64,000 nt of DNA from Parcubacteria group bacterium (lineage in GTDB: Bacteria; Patescibacteriota; Minisyncoccia; Moranbacterales; UBA2206), in NCBI GenBank assembly GCA_041659505.1, contig JBAZYF010000002.1, forward strand, positions 51,966 through 115,965. The letters run 5' to 3'. Position numbers and translations under genes: made by a program. Shown piece after piece: positions 9,028 to 18,265 of the stretch. Numbering within the stretch: position 1 is the first letter of the stretch; every line of letters starts with the position of its first letter. A model generated the notes under the pieces. It saw only the letters and a program-made list of their open reading frames with translations. It ran no database searches and had not been told where the DNA came from.

Positions 9028-10809
9028 TTACTCGACGTCCCCAACTTTTTGCAGATTGATTAGCTTCTGATAGAGTCCACCGGAAAGGCGCGAAAGCTCA
9101 GTATGATTTCCCTCTTCCACTACTCGACCTTTCTCTAATACAATAATCTTATCCGCTTTTTTGATTGTACTCAAGCGATGTGCAATCACAATCACCGTCC
9201 GATTTTTACTGATCTTGTCCATCGCATCCTGAATCAACCGCTCTGAATAAGAATCCAGGCTTGATGTCGCTTCATCAAAAATAAGGATCCGCGGATTAGC
9301 CAAAATTGCCCGCGCGATTCCGATCCGCTGACGCTGACCGCCAGAGAGCTTAATCCCCCGTTCGCCCACCGTCGTCGCATAGCCATCCTTCAGTTGCAGG
9401 ATAAATTCTTCCGCATTAGCCGTACGTGCCGCTGCCATAATCTCCTCCCTGCTCGCGCCCGGTTTGGCATAGGCGATATTTTCGTTGATACTTGTGTCAA
9501 AAATTTCCACCTCCTGCGGAACGATGGCCATAAAGTGGCGAAAGGCATACAAATCATACTCACGCAGATCCTTGCCATCCAAAAGCACCTGCCCGGCACT
9601 AGGATCATAATGGCGATAAATCATCCGCACGACTGTTGTTTTTCCGCCACCAGATGGTCCGACCAAGGCAGTCACGCAGCCAGAATCGATGGAAAAATTG
9701 ACCTTTTCTAAAGCACAATTCGCGCTGTCTTTATAGCAAAAAGAAATATCTTTAAATTCTATTTTTCCTTCAATCTTTTTCGGCTTCAATCCTTTGGGAT
9801 TATTTTTAATATCTGATTCTTCTTTGGACAAAACGTAGAGACGTTCCACAGCTTCACTAGATTCCATAATCCGGTCGTAAAGTCGCGAAATGCGGAATAA
9901 TGAAAGTAGAGCTTTTTCGGAAATAGTATAAACAAAGACTATACTACCGATCGTGATTTGACCCTGTATTACCAAATAAACCCCAAAAATTAACACAAAA
10001 GCACGACCGAGATCAATCACCAAATTTCGCGCTACGTTATATTGAATTATTTTTCTATATTCCTTAAGTATACTGCTTTTTACATTTCCAGTCGCTCGGG
10101 AAAATTGGATATGTTCCCTTAGTTCCGCCACAAAAGATTTGACGGTATTAATATTGATTATTGATTGAGTCATGAGGCTGGCTGCTACCTCTTGCTCATC
10201 AAATCTATTTTTACGAAAAGGATAAACTAATTTATTTACTCGGAGCGTGAGCAAGATGAAGGCTGGCACAAAAATCAAAATTATTACCCCAAAATGCCAA
10301 TTAACCACAAACAGCGTAATGGTGGTGAAAATAATTTGAAAAACCGTCGGTGCAACTTCAAATGAAAAATTACTAAATAATGTTTCAATCTTATCAACTC
10401 CTCGTGTCACTTTTATCACCTTGCCACCTGTATTTTCCGCTTCATGATAGCCCAAACTCAAAAACACCATCTTCTTGTGAGCATTGTTTGAAAGATAAGC
10501 AATGATGTCCACGAGAACATCAAATATTCGATTGTCCGCCAAATAATCAAGAAAGGAAATCCCTTGATTGATCAGAAACATCGCCCCGACCAAAAGCAAA
10601 ATATTACTCAATTGAGACGGGTCAAAACTAGTGATTCTGTCAATCACTAGTTTTAGCATATAGGGACCGACAAGGCGAACTACTTCCATTGCCATAATCA
10701 AAACAAGCAAACGTTTAATCTGCTTCTGACTCGGCTCCAAGAGTTTCCAAATTCGCTCCCAGAAGCGTCCCAAGTCCATTTTCGGCTGTTTTTCGGCTGT
10801 TTTTTTCAT
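9028..10809 (-). CDS. ABC exporter, fused TMD-NBD (MsbA-like)
   Basis: TM domain, GPSGGGKT, LSGGQRQR, DEATSSLD, IAHRLST. Confidence 0.93.
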   Translation of the reverse strand: MKKTAEKQPKMDLGRFWERIWKLLEPSQKQIKRLLVLIMAMEVVRLVGPYMLKLVIDRITSFDPSQLSNILLLVGAMFLINQGISFLDYLADNRIFDVLVDIIAYLSNNAHKKMVFLSLGYHEAENTGGKVIKVTRGVDKIETLFSNFSFEVAPTVFQIIFTTITLFVVNWHFGVIILIFVPAFILLTLRVNKLVYPFRKNRFDEQEVAASLMTQSIININTVKSFVAELREHIQFSRATGNVKSSILKEYRKIIQYNVARNLVIDLGRAFVLIFGVYLVIQGQITIGSIVFVYTISEKALLSLFRISRLYDRIMESSEAVERLYVLSKEESDIKNNPKGLKPKKIEGKIEFKDISFCYKDSANCALEKVNFSIDSGCVTALVGPSGGGKTTVVRMIYRHYDPSAGQVLLDGKDLREYDLYAFRHFMAIVPQEVEIFDTSINENIAYAKPGASREEIMAAARTANAEEFILQLKDGYATTVGERGIKLSGGQRQRIGIARAILANPRILIFDEATSSLDSYSERLIQDAMDKISKNRTVIVIAHRLSTIKKADKIIVLEKGRVVEEGNHTELSRLSGGLYQKLINLQKVGDVE

Positions 10810-10822
10810 TGAATCGGCAAAA

Positions 10823-10847
10823 AAATAAAGGGTTGCGACCCTTTATT
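10823..10847 (-). terminator. Hairpin, probable intrinsic terminator
   Basis: AATAAAGGGT-TGCG-ACCCTTTATT with a T-run on the minus strand. Confidence 0.55.
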
Positions 10848-10882
10848 GATTATATCCCAAAAGGACCTTTTTAGCAAGTGGT

Positions 10883-11119
10883 CTATTTTTTCTTACCTTT
10901 GCCGGCTTTCCCCAAAAGCACTGCCACGGCTGCACCCAAAGCGGCTCCGATTCCCGCGGAAATCATGGCGGCTTTTTCTGGATTCTTCTTAGTATACTCC
11001 TCAATTTTTTTTCCGACGTTTTCCAATTCTTTTTTGGCCTTAACAATTTCCTTTTCGGCCACTTTTTGCAATTCGACCTTCATCTCAGTCGCCTTGCTCT
11101 TGATGTCTTTTGCATCCAT
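10883..11119 (-). CDS. ElaB/YqjD (DUF883)-like tail-anchored small protein
   Basis: Charged helix, 'YTKKNPEKA', C-terminal Gly/Ala TM segment and basic tail. Confidence 0.65.
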   Translation of the reverse strand: MDAKDIKSKATEMKVELQKVAEKEIVKAKKELENVGKKIEEYTKKNPEKAAMISAGIGAALGAAVAVLLGKAGKGKKK

Positions 11120-11123
11120 ATGA

Positions 11124-11444
11124 TTATTTTTTAATAATTAACAGTCCGACGAGGATTGAAAAAATTCCCACAATCGCGTAGCCAATTCCACTGCTTAGCA
11201 TTAATATCTCATTGATAAAAAGAACTAAACTGATAAGCGCAAAAATGGTACCAACAATAATGAGAAAGGTGCCGATCAAACTTTTTTGAAAGGCCGCAAC
11301 CATCTCTTCGATCCGGTGTTTGATCTTGTCTGCCAAGTTATCGGCAAAATTTTTGAAAAAACTGACACCCAATCCAGAAAGCATCTCCTGCCAATCAAAT
11401 CCACTCCCCTCTTTTTTAGTCTTTGTTTTTTTTGTGACTACCAT
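11124..11444 (-). CDS. Small 2-TM membrane protein (YqjE/holin-like), paired with the ElaB-like gene
   Basis: Two C-terminal TM helices; adjacent to the DUF883-like gene as in yqjDE. Confidence 0.55.
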   Translation of the reverse strand: MVVTKKTKTKKEGSGFDWQEMLSGLGVSFFKNFADNLADKIKHRIEEMVAAFQKSLIGTFLIIVGTIFALISLVLFINEILMLSSGIGYAIVGIFSILVGLLIIKK

Positions 11445-11517
11445 ATTTTTATTTTTTAGTTTATTTATTTTTACTTATTTATTATACCACGATAATTTCA
11501 GAACGCAAAAATTAATA

Positions 11518-11763
11518 TCAACAGGTCGTGATTAGTTGTAATTTGTCTATCCTCTTTAGCTTTTTGATCCGCGCTTCTTCTTTCGATGCTGTAGAACGAT
11601 TTTTGAATTTTTTGGAATAGACCAATTTGACCGGACGGCGCGCAGCAGTATATTTCGCACCCAATTTTGTTCCATTGTGCTCCGCGATTCTGCGATCAAG
11701 GTTGGTCGTGATTCCAATATATAGCGTCTTATCAACGCATTCAACGATGTAAAGATAATACAT
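11518..11763 (-). CDS. GIY-YIG nuclease family protein (UPF0213)
   Basis: YYLYIVEC..TLYIGITTNLDRRIAEHN, GAKYT, EARIKKL. Confidence 0.9.
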   Translation of the reverse strand: MYYLYIVECVDKTLYIGITTNLDRRIAEHNGTKLGAKYTAARRPVKLVYSKKFKNRSTASKEEARIKKLKRIDKLQLITTC

Positions 11764-11852
11764 TTTTTTATTATAACACTTGCTCACTTTTCTCACTCTT
11801 ATCCTGTCTGAAATTTAATCTTTGCTAAAGAAGTACTCCGTCTTTTATTAAA

Positions 11853-13628
11853 CTAGCTTTCCCGCTTTCCGTGTAAAAGCAGTTCCACGGCATGTTGCAT
11901 CGAACCGGCATGCGTGACTTCTCCACCGTTGACAAAAAAAATTTCGTCGGCATTTTCAATCGTGTTAAGCCGGTGCGCAATGATCACTTTGGTCGTTTTT
12001 TTCGGCAATTTAGCGATAATTTCTTCCAACAGCTGCTCAGTAACCGTGTCAATGTTGGCCGTTGCTTCGTCTAAGATCAAAATATCCGGACTGCGCAATA
12101 CCGCTCGGATAAAAGCGATCAATTGTTTTTGTCCCAAACTGATCGCATCCGCGCCTGAGACAATCTGCGTATCGAGCCCTTCCGAAAAACGGGAAAGTAG
12201 TTTTGTCAGATGCGCCTTTTCCAATGCCTGCGCAAGCTCAGCACTAGTGCAATTTCCATACTCTTCATTGCCATATATGATATTTTCCCGGATCGTGCCG
12301 GTAAAAAGAAACGGTTCTTGCAGAATAAATCCGATTTTTTTTGTCCGCTCATCCGACGAATAACAGCGGATATTTTTCCCTTCCAAAAAAATTGCTCCCG
12401 CAATCGGATCATAGAGCCGTGCCATCAGCGACGCAGTTGTTGTCTTGCCGCCACCAGTCGGTCCGACCAATGCATAGGTTTTGCCTCTTTCCAAAGCAAA
12501 GTTAATATTTTTCAAAACATCCCTTCCACCTTCATAGTGGAAATTGACATTCTTAAATTCCAATGCTGCTTCCAAGGAAGAGCTTTTTTTCATTTTTTCT
12601 ACCGGCTCAGTCCCCAAATTGGACTCAAGCGCCAAAATTTCCGCGATGCGATCAAGGCCCGCTAAGGCCAATTGGAGCGACGGCCAGACCGAAGCTAATT
12701 GGCGGAGCGGATTGTAGAAATTATTGACATACAGCAAAAAGCCGATCAGCAATCCTACAGTAAATTGACCGATGGAGATGAGATAGATCCCGTAAGCTAA
12801 GACGACCAGCTGTGCCAAAGATGAGGCAAGCGTATAGAGCGGATTGAAAATATTACTTGCGATGCCGGCCGAGATGGAAGCAGCATAATTCATTCCGTTC
12901 GCTTCTTTGAATTTATTGCGGAAATAGTCCAGCCGATTGAAAGCCACGATCACTTTGAAATTATTGATGCTTTCTTGGATCTCTCCACTCATTCCGCCAA
13001 GCGTCCGCAGGCTCTTGAGGCTAGACCGCTTGACCCAAGGAGAGAGCATCTGAGTGCCCACCAGCGCCACGATAGCTGGGAGAAGAGCTACCAGTCCGAG
13101 TTTGAAATCGATACTCAAAAGAAAGATTCCAGTACCAATGATCAAAATGACATTGCCGAAAAATTGCATGAGTGCCTGGGAGAAAAATTGATTAAGTTTG
13201 TCTGTGTCATTATTGATCCGCGAAACGATATCTCCTGTTTTGTTTTGATTAAAAAAAGCCACCGGCAGTTCTTGCAATTTACTAAAAATTTTATTGCGCA
13301 GATTAAAAAGTAAGCGCCGGCCGACTCCCCCCATCGTTTTGATCTGGAAATAACTTGAAGCCAATGTCAAAAGAAAGATAAGCGCTAACAATCCGGAATA
13401 GAGCAGCACGCCGTGAAAATTTTTATCGGCAATATAGTCGTCCACGATATGCGCGATAATGATCGGTACGATCAATGTCGCGGCGGAACTGACCAACATC
13501 GCAATGATTGCGAGTGCCACCGAACGCCCCTCTTCCTTCATCAATGGCACCAGCCGGCGCCAGGCAGTGGTTAGCACCCCTTTTTCTTTTTCTTTTTCAA
13601 TATCAGTTTTTGTGAGCGAATAATTCAT
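11853..13628 (-). CDS. Heterodimeric ABC exporter subunit
   Basis: TMD, GPTGGGKT, ISLGQKQL, DEATANID, AHRL. Confidence 0.93.
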   Translation of the reverse strand: MNYSLTKTDIEKEKEKGVLTTAWRRLVPLMKEEGRSVALAIIAMLVSSAATLIVPIIIAHIVDDYIADKNFHGVLLYSGLLALIFLLTLASSYFQIKTMGGVGRRLLFNLRNKIFSKLQELPVAFFNQNKTGDIVSRINNDTDKLNQFFSQALMQFFGNVILIIGTGIFLLSIDFKLGLVALLPAIVALVGTQMLSPWVKRSSLKSLRTLGGMSGEIQESINNFKVIVAFNRLDYFRNKFKEANGMNYAASISAGIASNIFNPLYTLASSLAQLVVLAYGIYLISIGQFTVGLLIGFLLYVNNFYNPLRQLASVWPSLQLALAGLDRIAEILALESNLGTEPVEKMKKSSSLEAALEFKNVNFHYEGGRDVLKNINFALERGKTYALVGPTGGGKTTTASLMARLYDPIAGAIFLEGKNIRCYSSDERTKKIGFILQEPFLFTGTIRENIIYGNEEYGNCTSAELAQALEKAHLTKLLSRFSEGLDTQIVSGADAISLGQKQLIAFIRAVLRSPDILILDEATANIDTVTEQLLEEIIAKLPKKTTKVIIAHRLNTIENADEIFFVNGGEVTHAGSMQHAVELLLHGKRES

Positions 13629-13703
13629 AACCCGTATATTATTTGTATATTTGTAAATTTGCCGGCCGGCCGATTGGCAGATGCGAGCTTGTAATTTGTA
13701 GTT

Positions 13704-15449
13704 TCATTCATATTGATTCGTACTTCTTTGTGACTGATAGATCTGGACGTATTCTGGCGATGTTTCGAGCAATGCCTCGTGCGTACCCTTGGCTAAAAGC
13801 TCCCCCTCCATGATTAAAATGATCTGATCATAATGCTCAATAGAAGAAATTTTCTGCGTGACCGAAACAAGTGTCAGCCCTGGATAATTTTTGGCGACAT
13901 TATTCAAAATTTTGCTCTCCGTATTCGCATCGACGCGCGCGGTAAAATCATCCAGCAACAATATTTTCGGATTAAGCGCCAGCGCTCGCGCTAGCATGAC
14001 GCGCTGTTTTTGTCCGCCAGAAAGGCTTGTTCCCCGCTCGGAAACAATCGTATCTAATTTTTTGGGAAGTTTTCCGATAAAATCATCTAACTCTGCGGTC
14101 GCAATCGCCTTTTTTAAATGTACGTCTTTCACGGTATTGCTAAAAGCAATATTTTCCCGCAAACTCAGATTAAACATTACGCTGTCTTGAAAAACAAAGC
14201 CGATTTGACTATGCAGATTTTCCTTGTCATATTGCTCGATTTTTTGGCCATCAAAATAAATCTCGCCGGATGTCGGCGCAAGCAACCCGGTAAGCAGATA
14301 AAGCAGCTGGGTTTTCCCCGCAGCCGTGGGTCCGATAATCGCTGTCTTGCTACCAGCAGGAATAGAAAAAGAAACATCCCTAAGCGCATACTTCTCGCCA
14401 AAATTGACGGAAACATTTTTCACTTCAACATCTCCCTTGAGAGAGACTTTCAACCCGCCAGTTTTCTTTTCCACCGGAGCTTTAAGCACCATTAGTATCC
14501 GATCATAGGAAGCTTGAGCTTGGGCGATGACATTGCTCATAAAACCAATGATGATGATAGGAAAAATTAGGATCGCAAGGTAACTATTAAAAGCGGTAAA
14601 ATTTCCCAGCGACATCGCTCCTTGGATGACAAAATGCCCGCCCAAAGCAACGATGACCAGCGTGGCAAGGTTAGTAAAAAAAGTGACGACCGGGATAAGA
14701 CTAGCGAACAATCCCAGAATTTCCAGACTGACACGCTTCGCTTCCTTACTGGCAGGCAAAAATTTTTGATATTCGCTCTCATGCGAATCAAGCAAGCGGA
14801 TAAGCGCTGCCCCCAAAATACTTTCACTGATGATTTTATTAAGCCAATCGATTGCTTCCTGTGATTTGACAAATAATTTACGCACTTTACTTAAGACAAA
14901 AAAGAAGCTCAGTCCGATAAATGGCATAATCGCAAGCACAGAGATTCCTAATTTCCAATCAGTGATGAGCAATAGCACGGCGATGCCGACAATCAAAAAG
15001 ATGGATGAAATGATTGAAGAGACAGCGATCGAAACAAAAGTTTTTACCGCGTCGACATCGGATGTCAGATTAGTCAAAAGCTTGGCCGGCGTGGCAGTTT
15101 CAATATAGGCATAGGGTTGGACGGAAATTTTGGCCACAAGTTCATCGCGCAAATCGCGCGCGGCCATTTCTGATGCATAGACCTGTACGATGTTTTGCAA
15201 ATAAGTAAAGACGAAAATGCCTATAGCGATGACGGTAAACTCAATCGCTAAATCAGGGACGGAAAAATGTCCACTGGCATAGGTATCGATCGCCCGCGCA
15301 ATAATTTTGGGCACAGAAATGCTTAGCGCATTAGCAATAATTGTGAGAATGACAAGCCAGCTAATAATTTTTTTGTAACGTCCAAGCAGACCGAGCAGTG
15401 TCGGTGCCAAAATTTGAGGATTATTTTTTTCAACTTTCTTTTTTTTCAT
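13704..15449 (-). CDS. Heterodimeric ABC exporter subunit (degenerate NBD)
   Basis: GPTAAGKT, LSGGQKQR, Walker B LLLDD and VTQK switch, typical of the degenerate partner. Confidence 0.93.
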   Translation of the reverse strand: MKKKKVEKNNPQILAPTLLGLLGRYKKIISWLVILTIIANALSISVPKIIARAIDTYASGHFSVPDLAIEFTVIAIGIFVFTYLQNIVQVYASEMAARDLRDELVAKISVQPYAYIETATPAKLLTNLTSDVDAVKTFVSIAVSSIISSIFLIVGIAVLLLITDWKLGISVLAIMPFIGLSFFFVLSKVRKLFVKSQEAIDWLNKIISESILGAALIRLLDSHESEYQKFLPASKEAKRVSLEILGLFASLIPVVTFFTNLATLVIVALGGHFVIQGAMSLGNFTAFNSYLAILIFPIIIIGFMSNVIAQAQASYDRILMVLKAPVEKKTGGLKVSLKGDVEVKNVSVNFGEKYALRDVSFSIPAGSKTAIIGPTAAGKTQLLYLLTGLLAPTSGEIYFDGQKIEQYDKENLHSQIGFVFQDSVMFNLSLRENIAFSNTVKDVHLKKAIATAELDDFIGKLPKKLDTIVSERGTSLSGGQKQRVMLARALALNPKILLLDDFTARVDANTESKILNNVAKNYPGLTLVSVTQKISSIEHYDQIILIMEGELLAKGTHEALLETSPEYVQIYQSQRSTNQYE

Positions 15450-15586
15450 CTCAATTAAGCGATTTCGTTTTTCTCGCCAACTAACAAAATCAGCAACTCA
15501 CGTCGCTACTTTTATAAAACAAAAACCAGCGATAAATTTTCGTAATTTTTGTTGAAAAGCCAGTATTGATCCACCCTTGCCAGGTC

Positions 15587-15790
15587 CTATTTTTTCTCCC
15601 CGATCGTGTCAATCCCGAACAATTTATACAGCGCGCAAAAACCGGTTGCGGCCGTGATAAGCATGACCACTCCTAATACAAAGAGCATACCACTCGTTAT
15701 GCCAGAGAAGGATAACGCTCCGAGCGCTAGGAAAACAACCCCCAGAATAGCCCTTAGGCTGCGATCCAAGTTACTCTCATTTTTTTGCAT
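15587..15790 (-). CDS. DUF2892 (YgaP-like) membrane protein
   Basis: KNESNLDRSLR...TAATGFCALYKLFGIDT. Confidence 0.85.
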   Translation of the reverse strand: MQKNESNLDRSLRAILGVVFLALGALSFSGITSGMLFVLGVVMLITAATGFCALYKLFGIDTIGEKK

Positions 15791-15936
15791 ATTTTTTAGT
15801 TTAAAAATTAGCTCACCTGAATTATACACTATAATTTTAAACAAAGAAATAAGATCTTGTATCGATCTTATTTCTTTCGCTTTATGTGGCATTCATTTTC
15901 TCGTTAAGCCAATTATGATCTCACTCGCAGGATAAA

Positions 15937-16287
15937 TCAGCTCATGCTGGGATGTCCGCGACCCATTGAGGGTGAAGACATCATACCCCACAGAGAAGAA
16001 CCGATGATGACTAGGCCGAGAATGACGCTATTCCAGGTTGCGCCTACCGTTGCCATTGCTAAAAACAAGGGACTGATCAGCATCCAGAAACCCAAAAGAC
16101 CATTTACCCAACCGACCCACACAGAACTTTCTGCATCCGAAAGCGCAATCAGGGCGAAAATTGCCACTAGGATTCCAACAATAAACGGATTGCTATAGAG
16201 CCCTACTGCCATCACAAACGCCGAAGCCATCAGCCATAAACCGGCCACTAAACTTATACCACTCGCGATTTTTACGTTGCTACTCAT
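15937..16287 (-). CDS. SPW-repeat membrane protein
   Basis: Two 'G.W...S(P/A)F' repeats, 4 TM; strong SD AGGAGGTG upstream. Confidence 0.8.
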   Translation of the reverse strand: MSSNVKIASGISLVAGLWLMASAFVMAVGLYSNPFIVGILVAIFALIALSDAESSVWVGWVNGLLGFWMLISPLFLAMATVGATWNSVILGLVIIGSSLWGMMSSPSMGRGHPSMS

Positions 16288-16448
16288 ATGCTTTTCACCT
16301 CCTTTCGTTTTTAACCTACTCTTACGCTATTAGTACGATTTATAGTTGGTTTAGGATTAATTTATCAATTCCATCATGCTTAAAACCAAAAAAACGCCGA
16401 TATTAAGCGTTTTTCAACCCACTATTCAGTAAGTCCAATTTTCAAACC

Positions 16449-18038
16449 TTATCTGAGAATAGTTTTTATCGCCCTGAATATATTGCCCGGGTGACGATAC
16501 CCCTTGAGGATCGGGTCAATCTTTTTATCCAGGCCCAAAAGAGAATAAACCGCTATTTGAGCCGATCTAATTGAGTATTCCACCGTAAAAACAATGTCAT
16601 CCGGTATCTCGCAAAATTGACCCAAAAAGGCAAAATTCTTCGCGCCAGTTGGCACTACACGTGGCCGATCTTTTTTTGACCTTGGAGAAAATTGGCTGGT
16701 TATGTAGGGCATTACGCACGGAATGCAAGTAGCCGATCCGATGATTTTGTCCTTTTGTTTCTCAAAACCCAAGTGCCCGATCAGCTCGATCAAAATCTCC
16801 TCCCCAGTACACTCGTACATTTCTTTCTTGACAAAATTACCTTTTTTGTCCGGACGCAAACTGTAGCCCCAACAAACATCCACGCCTTTGCTTTGTCCTC
16901 TAAAATGTGGCTGATGCGGAATAGTGATTGACATGCCCCAATTGGAAGCGTGAAAAGTCGTTCCTCCTCCAGTTCCCTCAATATTGCCGGTCAATTTTTT
17001 CATCAGCGCAAAAAAAGTTTTGTTTCTAAAAGTAACCGTAAATGATTCCCATTTTGATTTTTTGGCGTGATTATCAAAAACCTTAGGCCGGCCGAAATCA
17101 GGATCGAGAATAGATATTTTCTCCCAAAAATTCCAAGCTGCGCAGTTTCGCCTTTTTTTTAGTTTTGGCGCTGCATGCATTGATCCGAAACTAGCATTGG
17201 TAGTCATCGAGCCAAGGGTGGCGAAAACAATGTCCTCTTCACCGATCAAAATACCCCTCTTCTTTTTGTTTTTAGTGAACAAGATCTTCTTGACCGCCTT
17301 TTCCTTTTTAGCAATCTCCATCGCAAGGCCAGTGACAATTGTTTCCTTTTTGAAATTGACGCCTTGGCCTTCCAACCATTTCATGATTGGCAGTACGAGT
17401 GAATCATGCTGATTATATGGCGTGTTTTGGATGCACTCCATCGTGTCATAAAAAGGCAAGGCATGGAATGACCTAAAAATATATCTTCTAAATTCCGCCA
17501 AGCTGTGCCAAGGCTGAAAAGCAAAAACCGTACTAAATTCAGACCAAAAATTTGTCTCAAAAAAAGTTGCGTCAAAATATTCATCTATCCGCAAATTATC
17601 CAAAGTTGCTTCACGCCGCATCAGAACTTTTGACAAATTCCATCTATCTCGCCAACACAACCCAAGTGTATGAGAATTGATAATCTGGCCATTCTCCACC
17701 AAGCGCGCTTTGGCAAACGTTTTTATCCTCAAATTATAATTATCTATCTGGTCTTTCACGCTCAAATTTTTATTCTCAAGGGATGGCACGCGAGAAAGCA
17801 AGGCATATGTGCACTCGAAAGCATTTTTGGCTAAAATCCTGTGCCCTGTCATAATATAGGCCTTTCCGGAATAATTTCTTTTCGCGTCCAAACTGCCCCC
17901 GATCGCGCTGTTCGCCTCCAAGATAGTGATATTTTTCCCTTGGAAACCACCGTCCTTAATCAGATAAACCGCACCGGCCAAAGAGGCAATCCCGCCACCA
18001 ATAAAATAGGCTTTGTTATTTTTAGTATCTGCTCGCAT
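16449..18038 (-). CDS. Oleate hydratase (myosin-cross-reactive antigen family)
   Basis: GGGIASLAGA FAD motif, FAFQPWHS, YNQHDS, PYITSQF, FLGQFCE, FTVEYSIRSA. Confidence 0.92.
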   Translation of the reverse strand: MRADTKNNKAYFIGGGIASLAGAVYLIKDGGFQGKNITILEANSAIGGSLDAKRNYSGKAYIMTGHRILAKNAFECTYALLSRVPSLENKNLSVKDQIDNYNLRIKTFAKARLVENGQIINSHTLGLCWRDRWNLSKVLMRREATLDNLRIDEYFDATFFETNFWSEFSTVFAFQPWHSLAEFRRYIFRSFHALPFYDTMECIQNTPYNQHDSLVLPIMKWLEGQGVNFKKETIVTGLAMEIAKKEKAVKKILFTKNKKKRGILIGEEDIVFATLGSMTTNASFGSMHAAPKLKKRRNCAAWNFWEKISILDPDFGRPKVFDNHAKKSKWESFTVTFRNKTFFALMKKLTGNIEGTGGGTTFHASNWGMSITIPHQPHFRGQSKGVDVCWGYSLRPDKKGNFVKKEMYECTGEEILIELIGHLGFEKQKDKIIGSATCIPCVMPYITSQFSPRSKKDRPRVVPTGAKNFAFLGQFCEIPDDIVFTVEYSIRSAQIAVYSLLGLDKKIDPILKGYRHPGNIFRAIKTILR

Positions 18039-18116
18039 AGCTATAAAAAATTAATTTCAACGACACATTTATTATAGCAAGAAAAGAAACTATTTGCGAT
18101 TTTATTCCGAAGCAAA

Positions 18117-18154
18117 AAAAAAGAATTACGTAATTAATTACGTAATTCTTTTTT
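18117..18154. repeat. 38-bp perfect palindrome, probably a terminator of the upstream minus-strand gene
   Basis: AAAAAAGAATTACGTAATT|AATTACGTAATTCTTTTTT. Confidence 0.75.
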
Positions 18155-18265
18155 GCACGCCATAGTGAAGGACGTTAGAACTATTTTTATTAAAAGAAAG
18201 GAATACATTTATATTCCAAGCTTCGATTCCCACACATCAGATTAGGTAATTATGCTATTTATAAA

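Noticed and set aside
11518-11763. GIY-YIG gene as mobiliser of the palindromic repeats
   Set aside because: It is not flanked by any of the repeat families and looks like an ordinary UPF0213 protein
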